Below, piece after piece: positions 8,417-15,998 of a stretch of 32,000 nucleotides of DNA (position 1 is the stretch's first letter; each line of letters opens with the position of its first letter). The notes beneath the pieces are model-generated. The model ran no database searches and was not told where the DNA came from. It saw only the letters and a program-made list of their open reading frames with translations. Both the position numbers and the translations under genes were made by a program. Source of the DNA: Deinococcus radiodurans R1 = ATCC 13939 = DSM 20539 (lineage in GTDB: Bacteria > Deinococcota > Deinococci > Deinococcales > Deinococcaceae); assembly GCF_000008565.1 (NCBI RefSeq), contig NC_001263.1, forward strand, positions 885,776-917,775, read 5' to 3'.

Positions 8417-10052
8417 GCGGCGAGGTGATGCTGGCCGCGCCGGGCGTGGTGACCTCCTGGCTGCCGCTCGCGCCGATTCTGACGCCGCTGGGCATAGGGC
8501 TGCTGACGCTCGCGCCGCTGCGCCGTTCGCTGCGGGCGGCCCTGCTCGTCGGCGGCGCGGGCCTCACCCTGCTGTTTGCCCTGCTGCTGCTTGCGGCCAC
8601 TGGAGCTGGGAGCGGCACGGTACTCGTCAGTACGCTGGGCGGCTGGGCGGCCCCTTTCGGCATCGTGATGGCCGCCGACCGGCTGGGCGCGTATCTCAGC
8701 GTGCTGGGCGCCGTCGCGGGCCTCTTTGCCGCGTGGTTCATGGCCGCCGAGGAAGACCCGGCGCGCGAGCGGCACCACGCCTTCGCCTTCTTCCTGCTGC
8801 TGCTGACCGGCGTGCAGCTTTCTTTCCTGACCGGCGACCTCTTCAACCTGTTCGTCGCCTTCGAGGTGATGCTGGTGGCGAGCTACGCGCTTACGGTGCT
8901 CGGGGCCACCCGCGAGCAACTGCGCGAGGGCTTCCGCTACATCGTGATGAACCTGACGGCTTCGGCGCTGCTGGTGCTCGCCTGTGGGCTGACCTACGGG
9001 TTGCTCGGTACGCTCAACTTAGCCCACCTCGCGCAGCGCAGCGCCGAACTCGGGCCGAACGCGGGCGTGACGGCCATCAGCGTCCTGCTGCTCATCGTGT
9101 TCTCTGCCAAGGGGGCCCTGTTTCCGCTGGGCTTCTGGCTACCCGGCACCTACCCGGCGCTGCCGGCGGCGAGCGGCACCTTCTTCGCGTCGGTGCTGAC
9201 GAAGGTGGGGGTCTACGCCCTGGTGCGCGTTCTCATCACCGTGTTTCCGCAGACCCGGCGCTGCCGCGCGCGCTGCTGCTGGGCCTCGGGGCGGTAACGA
9301 TGCTCTACGGGGCGCTGGGGGCGGTCAGCCAGCGCGAGTGGCGGCGCATCCTGTCGTTTACCGTGGTCGGCAGCGTGGGCTACCTGGCGTTCGGCCTGGG
9401 CCTCGGCACGCCCGAAGCGCTGCGGGCCACCGTCGTCTACCTCGCGGTGAGCGTGCTCGTCACGTTGGCGCTGTTTCTGATCGCGGCGGTGGCCGAGCGG
9501 GCAAGCGGGACGCGCAACGTCAAGGCGCGGGGCTTTCTGGAGGCCATGCCGCTGCTCGCCGCCTGCTTCCTGCTGTGCGCCCTGACGGTGGCCGGGCTGC
9601 CGCCGAGCGGGGGCTTTATCGCCAAGTTCGCGCTGGTGCGGGCGGGACTGGCGCAGGCCAGCGGGCCGCAGGGTTCGCTGCTGACGGTCATCGCCGTAGT
9701 CAGCGCGCTGGTGTCCAGCCTGATTACGCTCTACGCCCTGCTCAACGTCTGGCGCGGCTTTTTCTGGGGCAAGCACCCGCGCGAGGAGCCGGTGCGTCAG
9801 GTGCCGCTTACGCAGCGCCTGCCCGCCTACCTCGCTTCCGCGCTGGTCGCGAGCCTGAGTCTGGGCGCCGGGCCGCTGCTCGCCTTTTCGGGCACGGTGG
9901 CGCGTGAACTCGGCGAGCCGGAGCGCTATATCCGGGGCGTGCTGGGCACCGCGCCGATCGTGATTCCGCCGCCGCCCACGGGAGATGACGTGCAGAAGAA
10001 GGACGGGCAGAAGGAAAGTGGGCAAAAGACCCGGACGGAGGAGGAGAAATGA
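8413..10052 (+). pseudogene. mrpD: Mrp antiporter subunit D (NuoM/N-like), interrupted by a 1-nt frameshift near 9254-9256
   Basis: The N-terminal 280 codons are in the frame of the 8413-9297 ORF (...GFWLPGTYPALPAASGTFFASVLTKVGVYALVRVLITVFPQT). The C-terminal half is in the frame of the 8298-10052 ORF (PALPRALLLGLGAVTMLYGALGAVSQREWRRILSF...GLPPSGGFIAKF...). The junction is at a CCC run. Without correction, the first frame stops at 9297. Confidence 0.8.
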
Positions 10053-10558
10053 GAGGCCTGGCGCTCAATCTGCTGCTGGCGGTCGTGTGGGCGCTGTTTT
10101 CCGGTGAGGTCAGCAGCCGCGAGTTGGCGGTGGGGTTTCTGGTCGGCTTCCTGATTCTGCGGCTTTTTCCCCACGGGCTGGGGGCCGAGCGGTATCTGGA
10201 ACGCAGCCGGGGGCTGGCAGGATTTATCGTCTTTTTCCTGCGCGAACTGACTGCCGCCAACATTCACGTCGCGCTGATAGCGCTGCGCCGCGACCCGCAG
10301 CTCAACCCCATGATCGTAGCGGTGCCGCTGCGGGTGCGGGGCGACCTGGGCCTGACGCTGCTCGCCGCCGCCATCACCCTGATGCCCGGCACGGTGGCGA
10401 TGGGCCTGAGCCCGGACCGCCGCACGCTCTACGCGCACGCGGTGGGCCTGAAAACGCCGCAGGCCGCCCGCGAGAGCATCGTCAAAGTCGAAGAAGAACT
10501 GCTGCGGTTTCTCCAGCCGGAGTTGCCCGCCGCTTCTCAAGGTGAGGTGCCGACATGA
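10049..10558 (+). CDS. mrpE: Mrp antiporter subunit E
   Basis: MnhE-like N-terminus LLLAVVWALFSGEVS. ATGA overlap with mrpD, preceded by GGAGGAG. Confidence 0.8.
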   Translation: MRGLALNLLLAVVWALFSGEVSSRELAVGFLVGFLILRLFPHGLGAERYLERSRGLAGFIVFFLRELTAANIHVALIALRRDPQLNPMIVAVPLRVRGDLGLTLLAAAITLMPGTVAMGLSPDRRTLYAHAVGLKTPQAARESIVKVEEELLRFLQPELPAASQGEVPT

Positions 10559-10815
10559 TCATCAATATCGCCCTGGGCATCGTGACCCTCTCGGTCCTGC
10601 TCGTGACCTACCGCGTGCTGCGCGGCCCGAGCTGGGGCGACCGCATCATGGCCTTCGATTTCCTCAGCGTGAACCTGGTGGTGCTCTTTACCCTGCTCGC
10701 CGTGCGCTCGCGTCAACTCGTGATGCTGGACGCCGCGCTGGTGCTTTCGCTGCTGGGCTTTCTGAGCACAGTGGCTCTTACTCGCTACCTGCTCCTCGGG
10801 CGGGTGATGCGCTGA
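10555..10815 (+). CDS. mrpF: Mrp antiporter subunit F
   Basis: MnhF-like: 86 aa, three TM segments, with YRVLRGPSWGDRIMAFD. ATGA overlap with mrpE. Confidence 0.85.
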   Translation: MIINIALGIVTLSVLLVTYRVLRGPSWGDRIMAFDFLSVNLVVLFTLLAVRSRQLVMLDAALVLSLLGFLSTVALTRYLLLGRVMR

Positions 10816-11222
10816 TGGACACGCTGGTCTCCGACTTCAACCCCTGGCGCGACATTCCCATCCTGATCGGGGCTTTTTTCGTGCTGACTGCCGCCATCGG
10901 GGTGGTGCGTTTTCCCGACCTGTACTCGCGGCTGCACGCCAGTTCCAAGCTGGTGACACTCGGCTCGGCGGGCATTTTTCTGGGGGTGGCCCTCTCGTTT
11001 CAGGAGTCGGCGGCGCTGACCCGCCTCATCGCCGTGCTGCTTTTTCAGTTCCTAACCACGCCGCTCACCGCTTACCTCATCGCGCAGGCGGCCTACCTCC
11101 AGGGCCTGCCGCCCGTGCTGCCGGGAGGCGTGGACGAGTGGGGCGCCCTGGGCCGGGCCGAGGAGTACGCACAGGCTGACCAGGAAGCCGTGCAGCAGCT
11201 TGCAGCGGAGCGGCAGTCTTAG
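10815..11222 (+). CDS. mrpG: Mrp antiporter subunit G
   Basis: Internal ATG of track ORF 10542-11222, overlapping the mrpF stop (TGATG). MnhG signature VVRFPDLYSRLHASSKLVTLG. Confidence 0.85.
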   Translation: MDTLVSDFNPWRDIPILIGAFFVLTAAIGVVRFPDLYSRLHASSKLVTLGSAGIFLGVALSFQESAALTRLIAVLLFQFLTTPLTAYLIAQAAYLQGLPPVLPGGVDEWGALGRAEEYAQADQEAVQQLAAERQS

Positions 11223-11234
11223 AGGGCCAGGCGA

Positions 11235-11273
11235 AGGGACCGCTTCTTCCAATGGTGAGAAGAAGCGGTCCCT
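11235..11273. terminator. Strong bidirectional hairpin terminator after mrpG
   Basis: Perfect 15-bp stem AGGGACCGCTTCTTC / GAAGAAGCGGTCCCT, loop CAATGGTGA. Confidence 0.75.
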
Positions 11274-11284
11274 GACTTGTGTGC

Positions 11285-11602
11285 TCAGCCCTCGGCAATG
11301 CCCCGCAGCTTTTCCACCCGCTCGGCGAGTTCGGGCAGTTCCAGCGCCCGCAGCGCCTTGGCAGCGCGGTTCACCCCCGCCGCGTCCACCCGGCCCTGGT
11401 TCCAGCCCGCGATCAGCATGGCGCAGCCCTGGAGCGCCTCGCTGACCGTCTCCTTGTGGAACATGGCGGCGAGGTTGCCGCTCTGCGCGGGCTTTTGCTG
11501 CTGCACCTGCGCCTGCACGTCCAGCACGACTTGCATGAACACCTGATCCAGCCGGGAGCGGTCTTCGGCGCTGATGGCGACATTTTCGGGTTGCTGCGTC
11601 AT
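11285..11602 (-). CDS. Hypothetical helical protein (105 aa)
   Basis: I chose the internal ATG (11600-11602, MTQQPENVAISAEDRSRLDQ...) because CATACT lies 7 nt upstream. The longer track ORF would run through the divergent promoter region. Confidence 0.55.
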   Translation of the reverse strand: MTQQPENVAISAEDRSRLDQVFMQVVLDVQAQVQQQKPAQSGNLAAMFHKETVSEALQGCAMLIAGWNQGRVDAAGVNRAAKALRALELPELAERVEKLRGIAEG

Positions 11603-11732
11603 GGCAGCGAGTATGCCGCAGGGGAGGCGAGACTTACCGCGCTGTTCACCCGTTTCGCATCTGCGGGGCAAACGTCCTGACCAATCCTTAAACAAAGGTA
11701 ACGTAAGGCACGGAGTCGGGTATGGTGCGGGC

Positions 11733-12494
11733 ATGTGGCCTTTTGGAAAAAGTACGGCAGATCGCGTGAAAGATGCGTTCAAGGCAAACCCGGTGCTGGC
11801 CCCGCTCGGCCTGGAGGTGCAGGAAAGCCGGGGGACGGTCAAGGTGACGGGTGAGGTGGCCCGGCAGTCGCAGATTGGCCTGATCAATGCTGTGGCTGGC
11901 GGCATCAATGGCGTCAAGAACATTGATGTCAGCGGAGTGACAGTGCTGCAACAGGCCTCTGCGCCTGCTGCTCAGACGGCGCCTACCACGCCTGCACAAA
12001 CCAGCCCCAGCGTGCAGGACAGCCCCTCAACTCCCGTCCAGATGCCCGACATCGTCCAGCAGGGCGCCGGTGACGTGGAGATCGAGGACACCAGCCGCAT
12101 CGCCAAGGCGGTTCTCTCGGCTATTCGGGGCAACGGCGAACTCGCCAACAACCCCATTGATGTCTTGCAAAGCGGCAACAGTGTCATCCTGCGCGGCGCG
12201 GTGGACAGCGACCACGAACTGCGCCTCGCCGAGCAGCTCGCCCGTGGCGTGCAGGGCGTGAGCGGCGTGGACATTAGCGGTCTGCGTGTGGCCCAAGGCG
12301 CCAAGGAACTCGCCAAGGACAAGGACGAGGACACCGGCGACACCGTGTACACCGTCAAGCCCGGCGACAGCCTCAGCAAGATCGCCGAGCACTACTACGG
12401 CGACCAGATGGAGTACAAGAAGATCGCCCATTACAATAACATCAGCAACCCTGACCTGATTCAACCCGGCCAGAAGCTGCGTATTCCCGGCTGA
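11733..12494 (+). CDS. BON-BON-LysM protein (Kbp/YgaU-like)
   Basis: Two BON-like modules (GTVKVTGEVARQSQIGLINAVAGGINGVKNIDVSG; SVILRGAVDSDHELRLAEQLARGVQGVSGVDISG) plus a C-terminal LysM (YTVKPGDSLSKIAEHYYGDQMEYKKIAHYNNISNPDLIQPGQKLRIPG). No signal peptide. Start MWPFGK, with TATGGT 6 nt upstream. Confidence 0.8.
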   Translation: MWPFGKSTADRVKDAFKANPVLAPLGLEVQESRGTVKVTGEVARQSQIGLINAVAGGINGVKNIDVSGVTVLQQASAPAAQTAPTTPAQTSPSVQDSPSTPVQMPDIVQQGAGDVEIEDTSRIAKAVLSAIRGNGELANNPIDVLQSGNSVILRGAVDSDHELRLAEQLARGVQGVSGVDISGLRVAQGAKELAKDKDEDTGDTVYTVKPGDSLSKIAEHYYGDQMEYKKIAHYNNISNPDLIQPGQKLRIPG

Positions 12495-12510
12495 CCCCCG
12501 AGTGTTGCCT

Positions 12511-12540
12511 GCCGCCTCCTGCACCGGGGGCGGCTTTTTC
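12511..12540 (+). terminator. Rho-independent terminator
   Basis: GCCGCCTCC / GGGGGCGGC stem (one G-U), loop TGCACC, then TTTTT. Confidence 0.75.
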
Positions 12541-12594
12541 GTGACTCCCTCATTTTCTCTTTTCCCGGTCCGGACGCCTGCTAGCATCGCGGGC

Positions 12595-12852
12595 ATGGCT
12601 CATCCTGAATTTGTCGGTCTTGTCAACTCGCTACACGCCACGGCGGAAGCGGCGCTCGGTGATCTCAACGCCGCCACCGCCAGTGCCGCCCGCGACGGCC
12701 TGCTGGCCGAAAACCGTGCCCGTCAGACCGCTGAGCGCAGCTTCAAACTGCTCACCATGCTCGCCGAGAAAACGCGTGGCAACCTCGACATGACCGAGGC
12801 CGAACTGCTCTCGGACGCGGTCACATCCCTGCGCGCCCGTCTGGAACACTGA
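12595..12852 (+). CDS. DUF1844-like small protein (85 aa)
   Basis: From the internal ATG: MAHPEFVGLVNSLHATAEAALGDL...LLTMLAEKTRGNLDMTEAELLSDAVTSLRARL, which matches my recollection of the DUF1844 pattern. TAGCAT lies 7 nt upstream. The stop abuts the dtd ATG (TGAATG). Confidence 0.65.
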   Translation: MAHPEFVGLVNSLHATAEAALGDLNAATASAARDGLLAENRARQTAERSFKLLTMLAEKTRGNLDMTEAELLSDAVTSLRARLEH

Positions 12853-13290
12853 ATGCGGGCCGTCGTTCAGCGGGTCACGCGGGCGAAATGCACGGTGGAC
12901 GGCGCGGTGACGGGGGAGACCGGCCCCGGCCTGCTGGTGCTGCTGGGGGTCGCGCCGCAGGACAGCGCTGACACCGCCCGCACGCTGGCCGCCAAGCTCG
13001 CTAAACTGCGGATTTTCAACGACGATGCGGGCAAGATGAACCGCTCGGTGCAGGACATCGGCGGCGGCGTGCTGAGCATCAGCCAGTTCACCCTGTTCGC
13101 CGACACCAGCCGGGGCAACCGCCCAAGCTTCACCGGCGCCGCGTCGCCCAAGCAGGGGCGCGAGCTGTACGCCGAATTCAACGCGGCCCTGCGTGCCCTG
13201 GGGCTGCCCGTGGGCGAGGGCGTCTTCGGGGCGCACATGGACATCGAACTCGTCAACGACGGGCCGGTGACGGTGACGCTGGACATTTGA
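12853..13290 (+). CDS. dtd: D-aminoacyl-tRNA deacylase
   Basis: MRAVVQRV...GPGLLVLLGV...SQFTL...RPSF...VNDGPVT. Full-length collinear Dtd signature, 145 aa. Confidence 0.9.
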   Translation: MRAVVQRVTRAKCTVDGAVTGETGPGLLVLLGVAPQDSADTARTLAAKLAKLRIFNDDAGKMNRSVQDIGGGVLSISQFTLFADTSRGNRPSFTGAASPKQGRELYAEFNAALRALGLPVGEGVFGAHMDIELVNDGPVTVTLDI

Positions 13291-13301
13291 GGCTCAAAAG
13301 A

Positions 13302-13343
13302 AGAACGCGGAACTGCCTTTCTCAAGCAGGCTTTCCGCGTTCT
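13302..13343. terminator. Bidirectional terminator between dtd and the response regulator
   Basis: AGAACGCGGAA (13302-13312) pairs with TTCCGCGTTCT (13333-13343), with an inner CTGC/GCAG extension. Confidence 0.6.
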
Positions 13344-13367
13344 CGCGTTGCAGAGGGTTAAATTTTC

Positions 13368-13952
13368 TCAGCTCAGCAGGCCGATGCTGCGGGCCCGGCT
13401 CACGGCCTCGGTACGGTCCCCGGCGTTGAGTTTGCTGTAGAGGCGGGCGAGGTGGTCCTTGACGGTGTCGGGGCTCACGCCGAGGTCACGGGCGATTTCC
13501 TTGTTGGAAAAGCCGCGGGCAAGCAGCGGCAGCACTTCCGACTCGCGGGGGGTCAGGCGCGGCACGTCCACCTGCGGCAGCCGGTCCACTTCCGGGTGCG
13601 CCACGATCTCGCGCAGTTGCCGGGCGAGGCTCTCGGGGTCGGTTTCCTTGCTCACATAGCCCTTCGCCCCGGCGGCGCGGGCAGCCTGCACGATGGCGGG
13701 CTCGGCGAAGGTGGTAATCAGGATGCTCACCACGCGCGGCGCGGTCAGGCGCAGGCGGTCGCAGACCTCGATGCCGGTCATGCCGGGCATCTTCACGTCG
13801 AGCAGCGCGGCGTCGGGCTGGTAGGTGCGGCAGGCGTCCAGGGCACTCGGGCCGTCGGCGGCTTCGGCCACCACGTCGAAGCCCTGCTGAATCAGGGCGT
13901 ATTTCAGGCCCATGCGGAAAAGGGGATGGTCGTCGGCAATCACTAGTCTCAT
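13368..13952 (-). CDS. Response regulator, NarL/LuxR (FixJ) family
   Basis: Receiver domain (VIADDHPLFR...DAALLDVKMPGMTG) plus a LuxR-type HTH (LTPRESEVLPLLARGFSNKEIARDLGVSPDTVKDHLARLYSKL). Confidence 0.9.
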   Translation of the reverse strand: MRLVIADDHPLFRMGLKYALIQQGFDVVAEAADGPSALDACRTYQPDAALLDVKMPGMTGIEVCDRLRLTAPRVVSILITTFAEPAIVQAARAAGAKGYVSKETDPESLARQLREIVAHPEVDRLPQVDVPRLTPRESEVLPLLARGFSNKEIARDLGVSPDTVKDHLARLYSKLNAGDRTEAVSRARSIGLLS

Positions 13953-15058
13953 GGCAAAACCTCCGGCAAAACGAGGGTGAATGTGGTCAGGGGGAAGGCG
14001 CCGGGCGCGGCGGGAAGGCGCCCCCGGGGAGGTTCGCGGCCATAGCGCAGCGTGCCGCCGTGGGCCTCGGCGATGCGCCGTACGATGAAGAGTCCCAGGC
14101 CCGCCGTGCCGGCGGTGTACTGCTGCCCGGCAATGACGGCGGGTTGGGCGTTGAAGGGCTGGGCGAGGTCGTCTAAGGACGCACTCAGGCCGGGGCCGTC
14201 GTCCTGCACCCTCAGCAGGCCGGGCGCCGCCGTCAGCCGCACCTCATGGCGGGCGTAGCGCAGGGCGTTTTCGGTGAGGTTGCCCACCGCCCGTTCCAGC
14301 GCGGCGGCGTCGATTTCGGCCTGCCCGCTGCCGCTGACGTGCAGGCTCAGGCCGCGCGCCTCGGCCTGGGGACGCAGGCGCCGCGCGGCCTGCTCGGCCA
14401 CCTCGCGCAGGTCGCCGGGGGCGAGGTGGAGTTGCACGTCGTCGCGCTCGAAGCGGTGGGCGTCGGCCATCTGCTGCACCAGCGCGAGCAGCCGCTCGGT
14501 TTCGGTCTGAATCTCCTGGCCCACCGCGCGTTTTTCGTCGTCGGGGAGGGGCAGCTCGGTCAGGGCGCGGGTGAGGTGCCCGGTGGCGATCAGGGGCGTC
14601 TTGAGGTCGTGGACCAGCGTCGCCATGAAGGCGTTGCGGCGGGTCTGTTCGGTGCCCAGCCGCGTCATCAGGCTGCCGAACGCCCGGCGCAGCGAGCGGA
14701 TTTCGCGCGGGTCATCGGCATGAAACTGCGCGAAGTCGCCCTCGCTCACTTCCAGTTCCAGCCGGTGCAGGGGCCGCAGCAGGGCGCCGCTGAGCACGTA
14801 TCCGATGACCGCCGAGAGCAGCCCCACCAGCAGCATCCACGCCGCCGCCGACCAGCTCAGGCTGCCTGCACCCGAGGCCAGCGCCAGCACCAGATTGGGC
14901 AAAAAGGCCAGCAGCGAGACCACCAGCGTGAACTGCGTCTGCAAGGTTTGCAGCGGTGGCCGGGAGCGCCCCGCCCGCACCGCTGCGAGCCGCGCCGGGC
15001 GGCGCTCAGGCGGGGCAGCGGCAGCGCGGGGGGCTGCGGGCGGAGTCATGCGGGTCAC
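13949..15058 (-). CDS. Sensor histidine kinase (2 TM with a minimal loop, HAMP-like linker, HisKA, HATPase_c)
   Basis: H-box FMATLVHDLKTPL. N/G boxes NLTENALRYA, DDGPGL and GTAGLGLFIVRRIAEAHGG. ATGA overlap with the downstream regulator. The start is either GTG 15058 or ATG 15049. Confidence 0.85.
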   Translation of the reverse strand: MTRMTPPAAPRAAAAPPERRPARLAAVRAGRSRPPLQTLQTQFTLVVSLLAFLPNLVLALASGAGSLSWSAAAWMLLVGLLSAVIGYVLSGALLRPLHRLELEVSEGDFAQFHADDPREIRSLRRAFGSLMTRLGTEQTRRNAFMATLVHDLKTPLIATGHLTRALTELPLPDDEKRAVGQEIQTETERLLALVQQMADAHRFERDDVQLHLAPGDLREVAEQAARRLRPQAEARGLSLHVSGSGQAEIDAAALERAVGNLTENALRYARHEVRLTAAPGLLRVQDDGPGLSASLDDLAQPFNAQPAVIAGQQYTAGTAGLGLFIVRRIAEAHGGTLRYGREPPRGRLPAAPGAFPLTTFTLVLPEVLP

Positions 15059-15170
15059 TGTAAGCAGCGCGATCTAACAGAACCGTCACGGCTGAGCTGA
15101 GCGCCCGGCTGCCGTTTGTCAAGCCCCCGTGGACTCACCTGACGGGTGGTTCAACTGCGTGTCCTGCCAA

Positions 15171-15198
15171 GAAAAAACCCTGACCGCGTGGGCCAGGG
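15171..15198 (-). terminator. Terminator downstream of the BI-1 family gene
   Basis: Minus strand CCCTGGCC-CACG-CGGTCAGGG followed by TTTTTTC. Confidence 0.6.
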
Positions 15199-15218
15199 CT
15201 TGGAAGAGAGTGAGCGGC

Positions 15219-15914
15219 TCAGTCGCGCGAGTTGCCGATATTCAGCAGGAACAGGAAGATGTTGATGAAGTCGAGGTACAGCGCGAGCGCCCCGTTGATG
15301 GAAGCGCGCTCGGCCTGCTCACCGCTGATACCGCTCAGGGCGAGGTTCCGCAGCATCTGGGTGTCGTAGGCAGTCAGGCCGGCGAACAGAAACACGCCGA
15401 TCATGCTGATGCCGAGGCTCAGGGCGCTGCTGCCCACGAACAGGTTGACCAGCATGGCGACGACCAATCCAAGCACCGCAAACAGGAAGAAGCGGCCCAT
15501 GGCGCTGAGGTCCTTTTTGATGACGAAACCGGCCACGCTCATGAGGCCGAAGGTGCCGGCGCTCACGGCAAAGGCCGTAATGACGGCGGCGGGCGAGTAG
15601 GCGAAGAGCAGGGCGCTGAAGGTCAGGCCGGTGAGCGCCGCGTACCCGACGAACAGGGCGCCGGCCACCGCCGCGCTGAGGCGCTGGGCGAACATGCTCA
15701 GCACGAACACCAGCGCGAGTTGCGCGAGCATCAGCGGCAGGCGCAGGCTGGCGACTTGCATCGCGAGCCCTTCGTTCTGGGCGGTCAGGTAAGCGACGCC
15801 GGCCGTGAGCGCGAGGCCCGCCGCCATCCAGGAGTAGGTGCGGGCCATAAAGGTCCTGACCTGATCCAGCGTCTTTTGTTGGGTCATGGCTATCTGCTGC
15901 ATACTCTTTACCAT
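15219..15914 (-). CDS. BAX inhibitor-1/YccA family membrane protein
   Basis: Seven-TM protein with family-typical termini ([16 protein letters not shown]... and ...[18 protein letters not shown]). Three in-frame ATGs lie within the first 10 codons, so the start is uncertain. Confidence 0.8.
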   Translation of the reverse strand: MVKSMQQIAMTQQKTLDQVRTFMARTYSWMAAGLALTAGVAYLTAQNEGLAMQVASLRLPLMLAQLALVFVLSMFAQRLSAAVAGALFVGYAALTGLTFSALLFAYSPAAVITAFAVSAGTFGLMSVAGFVIKKDLSAMGRFFLFAVLGLVVAMLVNLFVGSSALSLGISMIGVFLFAGLTAYDTQMLRNLALSGISGEQAERASINGALALYLDFINIFLFLLNIGNSRD

Positions 15915-15998
15915 ACGGGGTCAGCGGCCGAAAGGTTCCCGCGCTGTTGCCCCCACCTTCATGGGACAGCGCGGGAACGGGTGTGGGTGGGGGGCCCT

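Noticed and set aside
8248-10540. Antisense or alternate-frame ORFs over mrpC-mrpE (8248-8919, 8397-8846, 9213-10025, 9338-9907, 9926-10540)
   Set aside because: Shadow ORFs of the mrp genes. The only frame change I accept is the one joining 8413-9255 to 9255-10052 (the mrpD frameshift).
11690-11706. ACGTAA hexamer upstream of the BON-LysM gene as a possible RDRM
   Set aside because: The 17-mer AAACAAAGGTAACGTAA lacks the TTMYGY left half-site, so it is not palindromic.
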